Of a DNA stretch of 64,000 nucleotides, positions 26,201 to 36,000 are shown in pieces. The stretch comes from Tubiluchus corallicola (Eukaryota > Animalia > Priapulida). Numbering within the stretch: the stretch's first letter is position 1; each line of letters begins with the position of its first letter. Both the position numbers and the translations under genes were made by a program. The DNA lies in assembly GCA_030141605.1 (NCBI GenBank), contig JAQGDQ010000641.1:56338-120337 (forward strand). Reading direction: 5' to 3'. The notes below the pieces were generated by a model, which searched no databases, was not told the origin of the DNA, and worked only from the letters and a program-made list of their open reading frames with translations.

Positions 26201-29200
26201 GCATTTGTGGAGGAGGCAACACTTGTTTAGACTATATGGAGGTGCGCATTGCATATATACGGAAGGGAAGTAATAATTTAAATATTATTGCTTTACTCAA
26301 AAATGTATTAATGACATGTATAAACAACTTTTTTCTCATACTTAATAATGATTATATTTAACATATCTCTTGACTGATACATGATGCAGTGATATTGTAA
26401 ACATATGTCTTGACTGATACATGATGCAGTGATATTGTAAACATATGTCTTGACTGATACATGATGCAGTGATATTGTAAACATATGTCTTGACTGATAC
26501 ATGATGCAGTGATATTGTAAACATGTGTTTTGACTGATACATGATGCAGTGATATTGTAAACATATGTTTTGACTGATACATGATGCAGTGATATTGTAA
26601 ACATATGTCTTGACTGATACATGATGCAGTGATATTGTAAACATATGTCTTGACTGATACATGATGCAGTGATATTGTAAACATATGTTTTGACTAATAC
26701 ATGATGCAGTGATATTGTAAACATATGTCTTGACTGACACATGATGCAAGGATATTGTAGTCCATCAAATAAATGTCGTATGTCAAATTTAAACCTGCAT
26801 TTCATTTATAAAAAACTATCTCTGAAATCAGTGTTGGCATCCCGCAAGCCTACAGCACCTGGTATTCGTAGGCGGTCACCCATCCAAGCATCCAATGTCA
26901 CAACTTACACGTATATTAATGCAAGCGCTGAAGAACAAGTTGTGGACTACAATACTGCAGACTTTGCGGAAAACTCCACATGTATGGAGCTGCCATAATC
27001 TGATCCATAACAAGTTCGGCAATGGACGGAATTAACCCCCTTTCAAGACGTGTCGAAAGATTTTCTAATAATTATTTCCTGATTGGTGCATCAAGGTCGA
27101 AAAACCAGAATGAAGTAACAGCAGCTAATCAAACACCGCAGATAATTCAATATCAGACGTTTGAAATGAACAGAATGCAACTAAAAAGCAAAAGTTGTAA
27201 GGTAATAAACGTTAACCCTTTCAGTCCCAAATTATTTTTTAAAAGGAAAAAATTTTTTGGCTTGGAACTTTTGTTCCCAATGCATCCTGTTGGATACACA
27301 ACATTCTTTGTCATGTGCAAAAAAAACAAAGTCCGGCTTTTTTAAAAACACAACAAAAGCAAAAAATGTGCTTCATTTTGCAACTGCTGATGATTTTTTA
27401 AAGTATTCAAGACATTTAGTATGTATGCTATGCTGATCTGTACAAAGTCGTCTCTAAAGTACTGTACCTTGCACAGTTTTTTATGCTATGTAGATTTTCT
27501 AGTTTACCAATTTTATCACCATTTTTAGTCTATTGTCATTAGCTTATATCAAAATAACTATTAACAGATCAAATAACTGTCAGTTTTAAAATTTTATTAA
27601 TTCTAAAGGCAGAAAATATTCTCGTATCCCACGGGATACAACGGGTATGAAAGGGTTAAACTACGTAAAAGTTCAAACTCATGGATATTACTGACAAGAG
27701 AAAATGAGGCACTTAACATGAAAAACAACTAAAAATATCAAGAAAAATGTGTTAACATTGCTTGCTTTTTTTGTTGTTGCATTCATGACTTGTTCAGTTG
27801 TTGTTTTAATATTTAATTGCATTATTTGCTTGCTGTTTTTCATTGGTACAATTATAATATAACTGCTTTGCGTTTGTTTATTTGCTACACTTAAGACCTA
27901 ATCACGTATTTATTCACTTAACTATGTATTCTGCCGTGCTTTATAATATTTCAAAGTTATATAGGGGTGGCTGACTCGATGACCTCCTGGTCTTTCGCCA
28001 CCCCATCTCTACATACTTTACATAATTTGTTGTATTTGCGCTATAAATATTATGTTAGAGATGAATAAACTTTGAATTTGAATGAACGGAATGAATAACA
28101 CAGTTCCTAAATACAGCATTACAAACATACAACGACCAAGATAATATACTGACCCAAATTTTGCCTGTAGCATTAATTTTTGAAAGCCCCTTTAATGAAG
28201 ACTTTCCCCGTGGGTGTAGACATTTCAAAGTTACATAATATATTTATTATTACATATAACTCTTATGTATAGAGCATGGTAGTCATTTGGTAGGTCATTT
28301 GCCTAGATAAAAAGCAAAGTTTTTAAAAAGCAAAATGCAATTAACATTTCTTAACACGTGCCTTTTCAAACTAAAGAATTTGCTTTGCCTGTACGGGTAG
28401 AGAAAATATGGCTTACGTGGTCATACATACATGCGTATCAAATGGAATGAATGAGCCCTTTCACAGTTCCAGCGATTGATGATGATCATGAAAACGTCAA
28501 AGTTTAAGTGTACCAGACAACGCATTTGCGTACACTTGACAACGCCTAGGACCCCATCCTACTGTAATAGCAATAGTTTTAACAGTTAGCTAGAACCTTA
28601 CCTATTTCATTTTTTCTTGTTTCCAAACAAGATCCAGCTAGTAAAGCACTCTACTAACAGATACTCTACTGCACATACTAACAGATAATCAAGTAAAGTC
28701 CACATAAAAAACAACTGAAGCTTCCGTATTGATGCGATGGGAATAAATGATTCGGTACTCAACCAAATCGGTTTTCAAACACTTTTTAGGAATGAATTAT
28801 GGTCGAAAACCCAGGTATGACTGTAATAATAATCTATTATGGGATTTAACTTACCTGAGGTGAAAGAACTTCTTGACCTATTGCATAAATAACAAGAGGC
28901 AGAACACCATCCGAGCAACGCATCCAGATCTGCGCCATAGACGACTCCGCATTGCTTGGACTGACTATCAACTGCGCACGATCCTTCAGCAACAGATTGT
29001 TCAAGGTCACGTCCAAAATGGCGCAACCGTTGGCGACGTCGTTTGGATTGACTTCAATGTCCACCAGGGGAATGCAGCATCCCGGCGACAACGTGTCGCA
29101 TTCCAGCGGCGCGACTAGTTCGTAATTATCCGGAAGTATGAGACCGATGCCCATTTTGTGACCATATCGGAACGAGACCATCCTCCACGGGCTGTTGACG

Positions 29201-32148
29201 TCTTCGCCCGGAAACGGAAGAATGTCCGTATTGAGAAGAGCGTTGACGACGCGAACTTTAGCCACGTTAGTTTGTCCGAGAACAATGATTGTGGGCGGCA
29301 GGCTGGTAATGTTCTGAACTGTAATGCCATCTTCGAGGCTAAGGCCAGCATACGGTTCTAAAAAATTAACATAACAGTATTAATCAGGGATGAGAATGAT
29401 AAATTGCAAAAAACTCTGAAACAGGTCGGGGGTTTTGGGGCCACCTAGGCCCCCAATGGAGTTCAAGGGGAGCCAGCAACAAATTGCAATTTTGTGACCA
29501 TAGAGAGCCTCTAAGTGGACTTAAAATATCAATTACCTAGTTTCATGCATAATTTAAAATACCCAACTATCAAGGATACATGATACCTAATTGTCTCACA
29601 AATGCCTAAGTACTGACCGCTCCTATGCAAAAGTATATAAAAACTGTCTGTAATTGACTCAAATAACTCTGCACAATTGATTCTATATTTTTATACATAG
29701 AGATAAACACGTGGTTACACTGATGTACGTGATGTAAACAAAGTGACGGCCTGCCAACTGGCGGTCAGTTTGTGAAATAATGTACTGGGTCCGTAAAAAT
29801 TTCCTCAACGAATTTATGCGTTTTACAAAAATGGCACTACTGGTCTTCCAAAAACTCGGAATTCCGCCTATCCGAGGAAAATTCTTATCCCTGAATAATG
29901 GTTAGTTTTAAAAACTGCTGTTAACACAACACTTGATTAAAATGCAGCAGGCGCCGCTTAATAGACTCACTTTGGGATGGAATTGTTTTGACCCAATTAA
30001 CCGACTGAGTCTATTAGCCGAATAATAATAGTAATATTAGTATACTACTACTGTACAAGTATGAATCATCACTCCTCATCTTAGTATGCATTGCAAAGGC
30101 TTTAAATGAATCTTAGAAACGAATTAATGTCAAAAATGTCTATGTGCAAAAAAGCAAAACTTATATAAGTGAATTAATAAAAAAGAAGAAAAATCCCAAA
30201 AATCTGATTATTACCATGAAAAATTACAAAAATTCATGCAAAGCCAGTTGCTTCATTTCTTCACGAAGAAGTTGGTTTATGAAATTCTCATACTGATAAA
30301 AACATTGAAAATCTTTTGCTCTGTACTGCACATATTCGCACATAAGTCACCTTGAGTTGTAGTTGATGATGACCCTGTGAAAAGCAGCAGGAGCATCAAA
30401 AGCAAACCGCTGGTCAAGTGATTAAATGTTTGGCTTCTAGAAACAACGAGGTTAATTGCAGTGGACAAGCGGGTAGCAGATTCAAAGCAAAACCGCTATG
30501 CTAGAATTTTAGCGCACATGATAGCCATACTGTACCTGCTTACAAACAAGGCTGTACTTAACATGACTGTTTCGATGTATATTACCGTGCACAAAATCGA
30601 TGTAAAGACGAAACAAAAGCAACAAAAACGTTCGGCACACACAAGCGCGCGTAGTAAAACAGTGAGTCAATTACCGACAACTTTTGTACACATTCGAATA
30701 GAAGCGGCCCGTTTCTGGTGGTTTCGAGTCAATCAAGTGACTGAGTCCATTAACTGTGAGTCTAATAAATGGCGCCATAATTATTTCTTGACTAATTTTG
30801 CAATAGCACGTGAATTAACATGTAATGCGGCACATAGAGAGAATTGTATGTGACTGTATAAATAATAAATAAAGAATTATAATAATAATAATAACAATCT
30901 GTGCATGCTGTACAAACCTTTCCTCTGTGACAAATTGACCCTTACAGTCACAGAAATTTCACAAGAAATCATCATAACCATTAAAGATGGGCTATGGTGA
31001 GGGAGGGGGCCAATTTAGTAGTTTGTTGTAAGTCAGAAAGCAAAAACATATAATAATTGTACTAATTTACATTAGTGGTATGTTTTTGTGACAGAATAAT
31101 ACAATATATATACTGTTTTAATGCTTAAAATTAGCTCAAATACTTATACTATATAGATAAAGTAAAAAGTAGCTTTGAAAAGGTAAGAAAATCGTCGTTA
31201 ATATGAAACGTGAGTAGTTAACAGAGAAAAAAGGAGTTAAAAGTTCAGCGTCATTAAAATGTAACGTCACTAAACGGGGAGTCTTTAAGCGAGGACTTAC
31301 TGAACATGCGCATGAGAGTGAACAGGCTCAGTAATTAGGTCCATCTTGACCAGTAACCTCTGTGGCTCACAGTTACCACTTAATATGAACTGAAGCTTAT
31401 TTACGAAAAAGGCGTTTGAGCTGGATTATTGGCATTCAGCTTGAAATGTTCTCCCATTTCAGGCTGACAAAGGTGAGCTCTTACAAGTGCATTCTTGTAC
31501 ACTTTCATGATTTTTAGACCCTGTCTTTCTTTCAAGAAACGCTATTTTAGTTCTATACCATTGGACTGTTAGAACAAGAAAAGCGAACGTGCTTTACTCA
31601 AGAGTGGCTAATTACTTAAAATCAAAATCCAGAAAATTAATTCAATTATGCCTACTACACCCACCGCTGAACGGGCTAGCTATCTATACCCAGCACCCCC
31701 CTCGGCCCGTTCCCGTTCTCTACATCTCAGCCGTATAACTTTTGCAAAAAACGGCAGAAGGGCCATTTTTGGAGGTTTTTCGCCTCCCCCTCCTCCCGCT
31801 GGGCCCGATTCGAAAAATAAACCATCAATGGCACGACACTAGATCGAGACCTTTCGTTTGATATATAGATCGCCGCAAATGGTGCCGTCGTCGAAGCTGT
31901 AGCCTCGAATCTTATATATATGTATACCAAGAATATTAATATAAGAGTATAGATACAATAAATTACAAATACAAATGCAGCATTCATGAAGTTAATGCGA
32001 ATGTGCTAGCAAATGACATACCGAGATCAGGAAAACAATCACTCTTTTCTATTTCACGTAAAGCAGCGTCAGTTTCTTCTAGTATTTCACGCAAAAGGCC
32101 ACAATGCTTGGAAAATTTTTTAAATTCGTGAGGTAATCTGACAGCCAT
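5048..32148 (-). CDS. DSTYK: Dual serine/threonine and tyrosine protein kinase (DSTYK/RIPK5), 14-exon gene, 2844-nt spliced CDS, 947 aa
   Basis: Exons 32148-32022, 29357-28855, 24095-23908, 22355-22221, 18803-18370, 17050-16898, 13907-13822, 13200-13117, 12973-12774, 10821-10715, 7893-7737, 6879-6633, 6074-5825, 5220-5048 all have GT-AG ends and matching phases. The kinase motifs are DSTYK-typical: [66 protein letters not shown]. Confidence 0.95.
5825..6074 (-). CDS. DSTYK: DSTYK exon 13, activation segment
   Basis: [16 protein letters not shown]...MAPE...DVYAFG; CAG acceptor, GTAACG donor. Confidence 0.97.
6295..6599. repeat. 24-25-bp minisatellite just past the exon 12 donor, ~12 copies
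   Basis: AAATTAAGTCTAATTTTCTTGCAAA(C) repeated. Confidence 0.93.
6633..6879 (-). CDS. DSTYK: DSTYK exon 12, kinase catalytic loop
   Basis: SLPEHERIV...[20 protein letters not shown]; CAG acceptor, GTGAGT donor. Confidence 0.97.
7015..7470 (+). mobile_element. hAT Buster-type MITE, left-truncated copy
   Basis: Matches 3409-3816 and 21510-22010; right TIR followed by GTCTAGAC. Confidence 0.85.
7507..7655 (-). mobile_element. L2/CR1-group LINE or SINE 3' tail (second copy 25908-26060)
   Basis: Minus strand ends AAATAAATCTATTGAATTGAA; two similar copies. Confidence 0.65.
7737..7893 (-). CDS. DSTYK: DSTYK exon 11, kinase Gly-rich loop and VAIK-equivalent (ALK)
   Basis: [20 protein letters not shown]...[23 protein letters not shown]; CAG acceptor, GTATTT donor. 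Confidence 0.96.
7936..8595. mobile_element. TTAA-flanked MITE, Kolobok-like (left end also at ~55093-55300)
   Basis: TTAA|AGGATAAGAAAAGGGG start shared with 55089; degenerate inverted end TTTTCTTGTGCTTT. Confidence 0.5.
8885..10563. repeat. 28-bp minisatellite, ~60 copies, DSTYK intron 10
   Basis: GAACCAGACA(G/C)TGTAGC(A/T)AGTGAAC(A/T)GT, period 28. Confidence 0.98.
10715..10821 (-). CDS. DSTYK: DSTYK exon 10 ([35 protein letters not shown])
   Basis: TAG acceptor, G|GTAAGT donor, phase 2 to 1. Confidence 0.94.
12184..12775 (-). repeat. 39-bp minisatellite containing copies of the exon 9 splice donor, ~15 copies
   Basis: Sense unit GTATGTTACAGTGGTAGTAGTTGAGTTATTTCCTGGAAG; ACATAC on + at 12768, 12729 ... 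12222. Confidence 0.97.
12774..12973 (-). CDS. DSTYK: DSTYK exon 9 ([11 protein letters not shown]...LEMRHSG)
   Basis: CAG acceptor, AG|GTATGT donor, phase 0 to 2. Confidence 0.93.
13117..13200 (-). CDS. DSTYK: DSTYK exon 8 ([28 protein letters not shown])
   Basis: CAG acceptor, CAG|GTAAAA donor, ILNAAYxVEV motif. Confidence 0.93.
13240..13614 (-). mobile_element. pogo/Tc2-type deletion derivative retaining the transposase C-terminus
   Basis: 27-bp perfect TIR CCGTATTTTCCCATGTATAAGAGACCC, TA TSD, internal [20 protein letters not shown] plus acidic tail. Confidence 0.9.
13636..13768 (+). mobile_element. hAT Buster-type MITE right-end fragment
   Basis: Ends TTTGCACACCCCTG. Confidence 0.8.
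13822..13907 (-). CDS. DSTYK: DSTYK exon 7 ([29 protein letters not shown])
   Basis: AAG acceptor, CAG|GTAGAA donor, GTLxRCLxxLE motif. Confidence 0.9.
14231..14558. mobile_element. Same Tc1/mariner MITE family, inverted relative to the 2666 copy
   Basis: TA|CAGTCAAC...GTCGACTG|TA; high identity to 2666-2975. Confidence 0.9.
15429..15971. mobile_element. Kolobok-like MITE (TTAA target, AGGAAAACCGGATGATTG TIR)
   Basis: Ends CAATCATCCGGTTTTCCT|TTAA; inverted homolog at 47519-48040. Confidence 0.75.
16015..16915 (-). repeat. 77-bp minisatellite containing the exon 6 3' end plus donor, 12 copies
   Basis: CCTACCCG ends at 16053, 16130 ... 16900 (period 77). Confidence 0.97.
16898..17050 (-). 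CDS. DSTYK: DSTYK exon 6 (GVAVAENGE...[22 protein letters not shown])
   Basis: CAG acceptor, G|GTAGGT donor, phase 1 to 1, conserved YLRES motif. Confidence 0.93.
17685..18209 (+). mobile_element. CAGGGATGAG MITE with 6-bp TSD
   Basis: TSD TAAGAC. Confidence 0.92.
18370..18803 (-). CDS. DSTYK: DSTYK exon 5 ([11 protein letters not shown]...[22 protein letters not shown]...YEFE)
   Basis: CAG acceptor, G|GTAAGG donor, conserved DSTYK motif AFDMxRDxxITPKRxEY. Confidence 0.95.
18820..19190 (-). mobile_element. LINE 3' tail with duplicated hairpin, AATAAA and (TTGAA)n
   Basis: AGGATGGC...GCCATCCT hairpin at ~18906 and ~19133; tail abuts the exon 5 acceptor. Confidence 0.6.
19400..19585 (-). mobile_element. 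tRNA-derived SINE (degenerate)
   Basis: B-box GGGTTCGAATCCC and CTAGGTCTACTCAGCC on the minus strand. Confidence 0.5.
19695..19986 (+). mobile_element. RTE-clade LINE 3' fragment
   Basis: [11 protein letters not shown]...[15 protein letters not shown]; tail GGTCATCTTCGATGCGAAGGACGAACATCATC. Confidence 0.8.
20142..20662 (+). mobile_element. CAGGGATGAG MITE with damaged right end
   Basis: High identity to the other copies. Confidence 0.88.
21510..22010 (-). mobile_element. hAT Buster-type MITE, full length
   Basis: TSD CATTAGAA on both sides. Confidence 0.93.
22221..22355 (-). CDS. DSTYK: DSTYK exon 4, basic low-complexity symmetric exon (possibly alternative)
   Basis: TAG acceptor, AG|GTTTGA donor, 135 nt, phase 2 to 2, open frame ([44 protein letters not shown]), GC-rich island in an AT-rich intron. 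Confidence 0.65.
22858..23233. mobile_element. MITE with CAGGGTTCCCACGG TIR and internal TTTCCCTGAC repeats
   Basis: Inverted end CCGTGTGAACCC; fused to the terminal ~25 bp of the CAGGGATGAG family. Confidence 0.7.
23553..23815. mobile_element. hAT MITE with TAGGGGTGAGCA TIR and TTCGAA subterminal repeats
   Basis: Perfect 8-bp TSD CCAAAGAA; related fragment at ~32458-32560. Confidence 0.92.
23908..24095 (-). CDS. DSTYK: DSTYK exon 3 ([20 protein letters not shown]...KTSLR)
   Basis: Polypyrimidine tract plus TAG acceptor, AG|GTAAAC donor, open frame, phase 0 to 2. Confidence 0.88.
24665..25119. mobile_element. piggyBac-like MITE
   Basis: TTAA TSD, C(A/C)CTTT...AAAGGG ends; copies at 27216 and ~42100. 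Confidence 0.85.
25382..25721 (-). mobile_element. Tandem dimer of a short (ATG)n-tailed retroelement
   Basis: Two near-identical units within a direct repeat AGAGTACACT; third unit at 48562-48750. Confidence 0.8.
26368..26759. repeat. 40-bp minisatellite, ~10 copies
   Basis: TGACTGATACATGATGCAGTGATATTGTAAACATATGTCT. Confidence 0.96.
26829..26890 (-). mobile_element. Fragment of the 5S-derived SINE spanning the 5S/RTE junction
   Basis: GGATGGGTGACCGCCTACGAATACCAGGTGCTGTAGGCTTGCGGGATGCC. Confidence 0.8.
27216..27655. mobile_element. piggyBac-like MITE, inverted copy
   Basis: TTAA|CCCTTTCA ... TGAAAGGG|TTAA. Confidence 0.88.
28453..28740 (+). mobile_element. Academ-like MITE family (AATAAGCCTTTTCACAGTT TIR); other copies 46397-46626, ~49890-50279 (-), ~61600-62320
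   Basis: Shared CAGTTCCAGCGATTGATGATGATCGTGAAAAGGTC; the 46397 copy shows both TIRs; superfamily assignment tentative. Confidence 0.6.
28855..29357 (-). CDS. DSTYK: DSTYK exon 2 (EPYAG...[21 protein letters not shown]...VLSPQ)
   Basis: TAG acceptor, CAG|GTAAGT donor, 503 nt, overlaps ORF 28846-29265. Confidence 0.92.
29385..29893 (+). mobile_element. CAGGGATGAG MITE, about 25 bp upstream of the exon 2 acceptor
   Basis: TSD ATTAAT/AATAAT. Confidence 0.9.
31676..31953 (-). mobile_element. Non-autonomous Helitron-like element in DSTYK intron 1
   Basis: Minus strand starts A|TCTATACTCTTATATTAATA; CTAG near the other end; internal GAGACCTTTCGTTTGATATATAGATCG. Confidence 0.5.
32022..32148 (-). 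CDS. DSTYK: DSTYK coding exon 1 ([42 protein letters not shown])
   Basis: ATG at 32148; donor G|GTATGT; phase 1 matches exon 2; resembles the DSTYK N-terminal helix. Confidence 0.85.
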
Positions 32149-32300
32149 AACTCACTGCCTTTCCTCGTCACTGTTTGCAGTTTCCACTTCCGAGCATGTC
32201 GGAGTCGGAATGTTGAAAGTGATCAGCAGGGGGCTGGATTTAATTTAGGCTCAGTTTGTTTACACGCGACGACTTGGCTCGTTTCCTCAGAGTATACAAT
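32149..32300 (-). promoter_or_regulatory. Putative DSTYK 5'UTR/proximal promoter
   Basis: GC/CpG-richer patch directly upstream of the ATG, with an ETS-like CGGAAGTG; TSS unknown. Confidence 0.4.
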
Positions 32301-32689
32301 ACAAGTTTCTTAATTTCAATTTGGCGTATTTATAAAGTTGCGTACATACCAGGTACAAAACTGCTAATATAGTGAACAAATGGGTTCATCAGTTCTGCAG
32401 GTAGTCAGGCAAGTATCTGTACTATCTGAACTACTATTCCGAATAAGTTTTTTTTCTAAGGGTGAGCATCAGACGAAGTTTTTTAGTTCGAGTTCGAAAC
32501 TATAGATTCGAACAATTCAGCATTTCAGCCACATACATTCTCTTTTATTAAAATACTTGAAACAGCATAAAATTAGCACAATTTAGCTGCAATTTCTGTG
32601 CAAACTTATTAATAAACTAACTAATAGTGGTTTGACTGCAGAACAAAATCAAATAATGTGCGTAATCATTGTAAGCCCAATTTTTGTCA

Positions 32690-35507
32690 GTGGTTTGAAA
32701 ACTTGTTCAAAAGCTGATAGTGTGATGGAAAAACACAAGTCAGTTTTTCAGTCATGTAGTAAACCGATTAAAAGCTAGAAAACACACATTGAGCTTAAAC
32801 AAGGTGCAAGACCTATATTTTTGAGACCACGACCAGTACCCTATGCTCTTAAGGATGCTGTGGATGAGGAGGTAACCAGGTTAGAAAACAATGGTATTAT
32901 AAAGAAAGTGGGAAATGGCAAATGGGCTGCTCCAATAGTGGTTGTCCCAAAAAGAAAACTGGGAAGGTCAGGATTTGTGGTGATATAGTGGAAGATGAAC
33001 CGCATGATTTTCGGACAACAGCTGATATGTTTGCGACCCTATCAGATGGTAAAATTTTTACCAAGTTGGATTTAACAAATGCGTATCAACAGTTAGAACT
33101 AGATGAAGAGCTAAAAGAATTACTGACTGTGAATACTCATCGAGGCCTTTACCAGTATCAACGCCCTGCTTTTGGTGTGAAAACTGCGCCAGCAATTTTC
33201 CAGAAAATGATGGATAAAATTTTGTGTGGTGTTGAGCATACATGTTGTAAAATAGATGATTTTTTAATTAGTGCACGTGATGACAAAGAGCATGTTAAAT
33301 TGTTAGATAAAGTGCTTACTAGATTACTAACCATAATATACATCTAGGCAGAGATAAATGTTATGTAGGTGTTCAAAGTGTTGAATCTTTAGGTCACGTG
33401 ATTGAGCTGGAGTTAGACCTACTGAAGAAAAGGTGGAAACCATTCTTAAAGCTAAAACTCCCAGAAATGTTTCTGAGCTTAGATCATTCTTAGGTATTGT
33501 AAATTACTACTCACGTTTCTTGCCCGATTTATCAACTACCATTGCTCCTTTGTACCAGTTGTTGCAAAAAGGTGTTCCATGGAAATGGTCATCAGAGTGT
33601 GACAGTGCACTATATAAAGTTAAACAGTGCTTAACTAGTGATTCATTGTTAGTGCACTATGATTTAAAGAAGCCACTCACCTTGGCATGTGATGCTTCAC
33701 CATTTGGTGTGGGTTGTGTCATATCGCACATCATGGAAAATGGCGAAGAACGTCCGATTGCTTATGCGTCTAGAACCTTGACAGCTGCAGAGAAGGGTTA
33801 CAGTCAGATTGAAAAGGAGGCACTTGGCATAGTGTATGGTGTTCAAAAGTTTCACAAATATTTGTATGGGCGGCATTTTACATTGTATACCGATCATAAG
33901 CCTTTGACTGCCATCTTTGGGCCAAAAACAGCTGTGCCTACTCTTGCTGCATTAAGACTACAGCGATGGTCTTTAATTCTTATGGGCTATGAATATGACA
34001 TCCGTTACAGGAAGTCAAGTGAGCATGAAAATGCTGATACCTTGTCTACGTTTCCATTATCTGGTTGTACTTTAGCAACTGAGTTGGATGTTAATTACTT
34101 TTCTTATGTAAATGATTTTGCCAGTTACAGCAAAGAGTTTCAGTGAAGAATCTCGTAAAGATCCTATTTTGTCTAGACTCTAGAGTAAGGTATCATGTCA
34201 TGAATGGTTGGCCTGCTCAGGCAAATCAAAATAGTCCTTTAATGCCTTATTTTCTTAGACGCCATGAGTTGTCTAATGACAATGGTTGTCTTCTTTGGGG
34301 GTTACGTGTCATTATACCACCCCGTTTCCAGTCTCAACTACTTGACGAATTGCACCGTGAGCATTTTGGAATGGTGCATATGAAAGCTTTAGCTCGTTCT
34401 TATTTTTGGTGTCCTGGCTTAGATGCTGAAATCGAAAATTTAGTAAAAGGCTGTAGTGTATGCCTTAGTGTTAGAAATAATCCAGTGCGTGCACCAGTAA
34501 TTCCTTGGAAATTTCCGTCTAAAGTGTGGGAGAGAGTGCACATTGATTTCTTTGAGATTGATGGGAAACATTTCCTTATCTTGGTTGATGCCTATTCTAA
34601 ATGGTAGAAATACAGTATATGCCATCTACAACTTCTACAAGAACAATCGATGTACTTGGTACTTTGTTTGCTTCTTTTGGGCTACCTGTTGAGTTAGTAT
34701 CTGATAATGGGCCTCAACTGGTATCTGAAGAGTTTGAGAACTTCTTGAGATGAAATGGTGTAAAACATTCTGTTTCTCCTATTTACCGTGCACAGAGTAA
34801 TGGTGCTGCTGAACGTTCAAACTGCAAAATTAGCTTTAACTAAATACATGATGGAAGCTAAGAATGTACCTTGCATGACTATTTGTAAAATGCTGAATAG
34901 CTTTTTACTTACTTATAGGAATACTCCACATAGTACAACTGGACGTAGTCCAGCAGAGAATGCCTAGAATTAGATTTAGTATGTTAAAACCAGATTTAAG
35001 AGAGGAGGTGGTTAGTAAGCAGGAGAAAACAGTTGATCATGATAAACTGTTCGTGAATACTCTGTAGGTGAGATAGTTAGGGTGAGGAATCAGTGTGGAG
35101 GTATGCTTAAGTGGGACATTGGCAAAGTTGTAAAGAGAATTGGTGTTGTTAGGTACAGGGTTAAGATTGGTTATCAGGTTAAGCATGTACATGTAAATCA
35201 TATGCTGAAAAGTGGAGAATTTGTTAATGATGATGATTGTGTAAAATTGGATGGGTCTACAGATGATGTGATCAGAGTTCCGGTTAGTCAGCCTGTGGCT
35301 GAATCTGAAACATTGCCTGTGAAAGATTCAAGTTCTATTGCTGAATCAGTTAAAAATTATGATGATGATGATTTACCGACTGTAGACAAACCTTCAATTT
35401 TTGAAAAAAATCATCCAGTAACTGTATTGCCTAAACCACCCATAGAACCTGTTAGACGATCCAGTAGAATCAGGAAGGCTCCTGATAGGTTGATGGAGTC
35501 GGTGTGA
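32690..35507 (+). mobile_element. Degenerate Ty3/gypsy (Mag/K02A2.6-like) pol: RT, RNase H, integrase
   Basis: FTKLDLTNAYQQ, VNTHRGLYQY, LACDASPFGVG, YSQIEKEAL, TDHKPL, HHCC zinc finger, WERVHIDF, VDAYSKW; several frameshifts and stops; no LTR seen. Confidence 0.95.
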
Positions 35508-35845
35508 TTTGTTTGCAAATTGATACTTTAATTGAAATAATTTAGTACTGATTTTGAATTTCTGATTTACTGCACTTACAAATTGGTGTTTGTATTTTCA
35601 CTGGCTAATTGTCATTATAGCTTATAATAGTTATTCTGATTGAAGGTTTCTGTTAGTATACTATACCTAATTAAAGTTATGTTCAATTATTTTGTGAATT
35701 CAGTACATATTACTCTGGCTGTTTGATGGGTTTTCCCCAAATTACTTAACTGCGTAAATTTAAATGGTTTGAGGGCTGATTTCATCATTACGTCATATTC
35801 GCCTTACAAACTTCATTCCTATTTTGTGTACATACGTTTACATAA

Positions 35846-35990
35846 TTGACCTCGACTATAACGAGATTTGGTTATAACGAGCAAGTTTGAAACAGTCCCT
35901 TGAAACTCGTTATAAACGGATCTCTAACGAGTTTCAAGGGACCACCAAAACTTACTCGCTATAACCGAGTCTCGTTATATCCGAGGTCAA
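35846..35990. repeat. Imperfect palindrome built from Tc1/mariner MITE ends
   Basis: TTGACCTCG...CGAGGTCAA with internal TATAACGAG/CTCGTTATA. Confidence 0.7.
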
Positions 35991-36000
35991 ATATCTAGCG

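Noticed and set aside
26368-26759. Forkhead (GTAAACA) motif array in the 40-bp minisatellite
   Set aside because: A 7-bp AT-rich motif is expected by chance in this genome, so the match is too weak to claim.
32690-35507. Domesticated or active gypsy gene
   Set aside because: Multiple in-frame stops (e.g. 34605 TAG) and frameshifts; no gag or LTRs.
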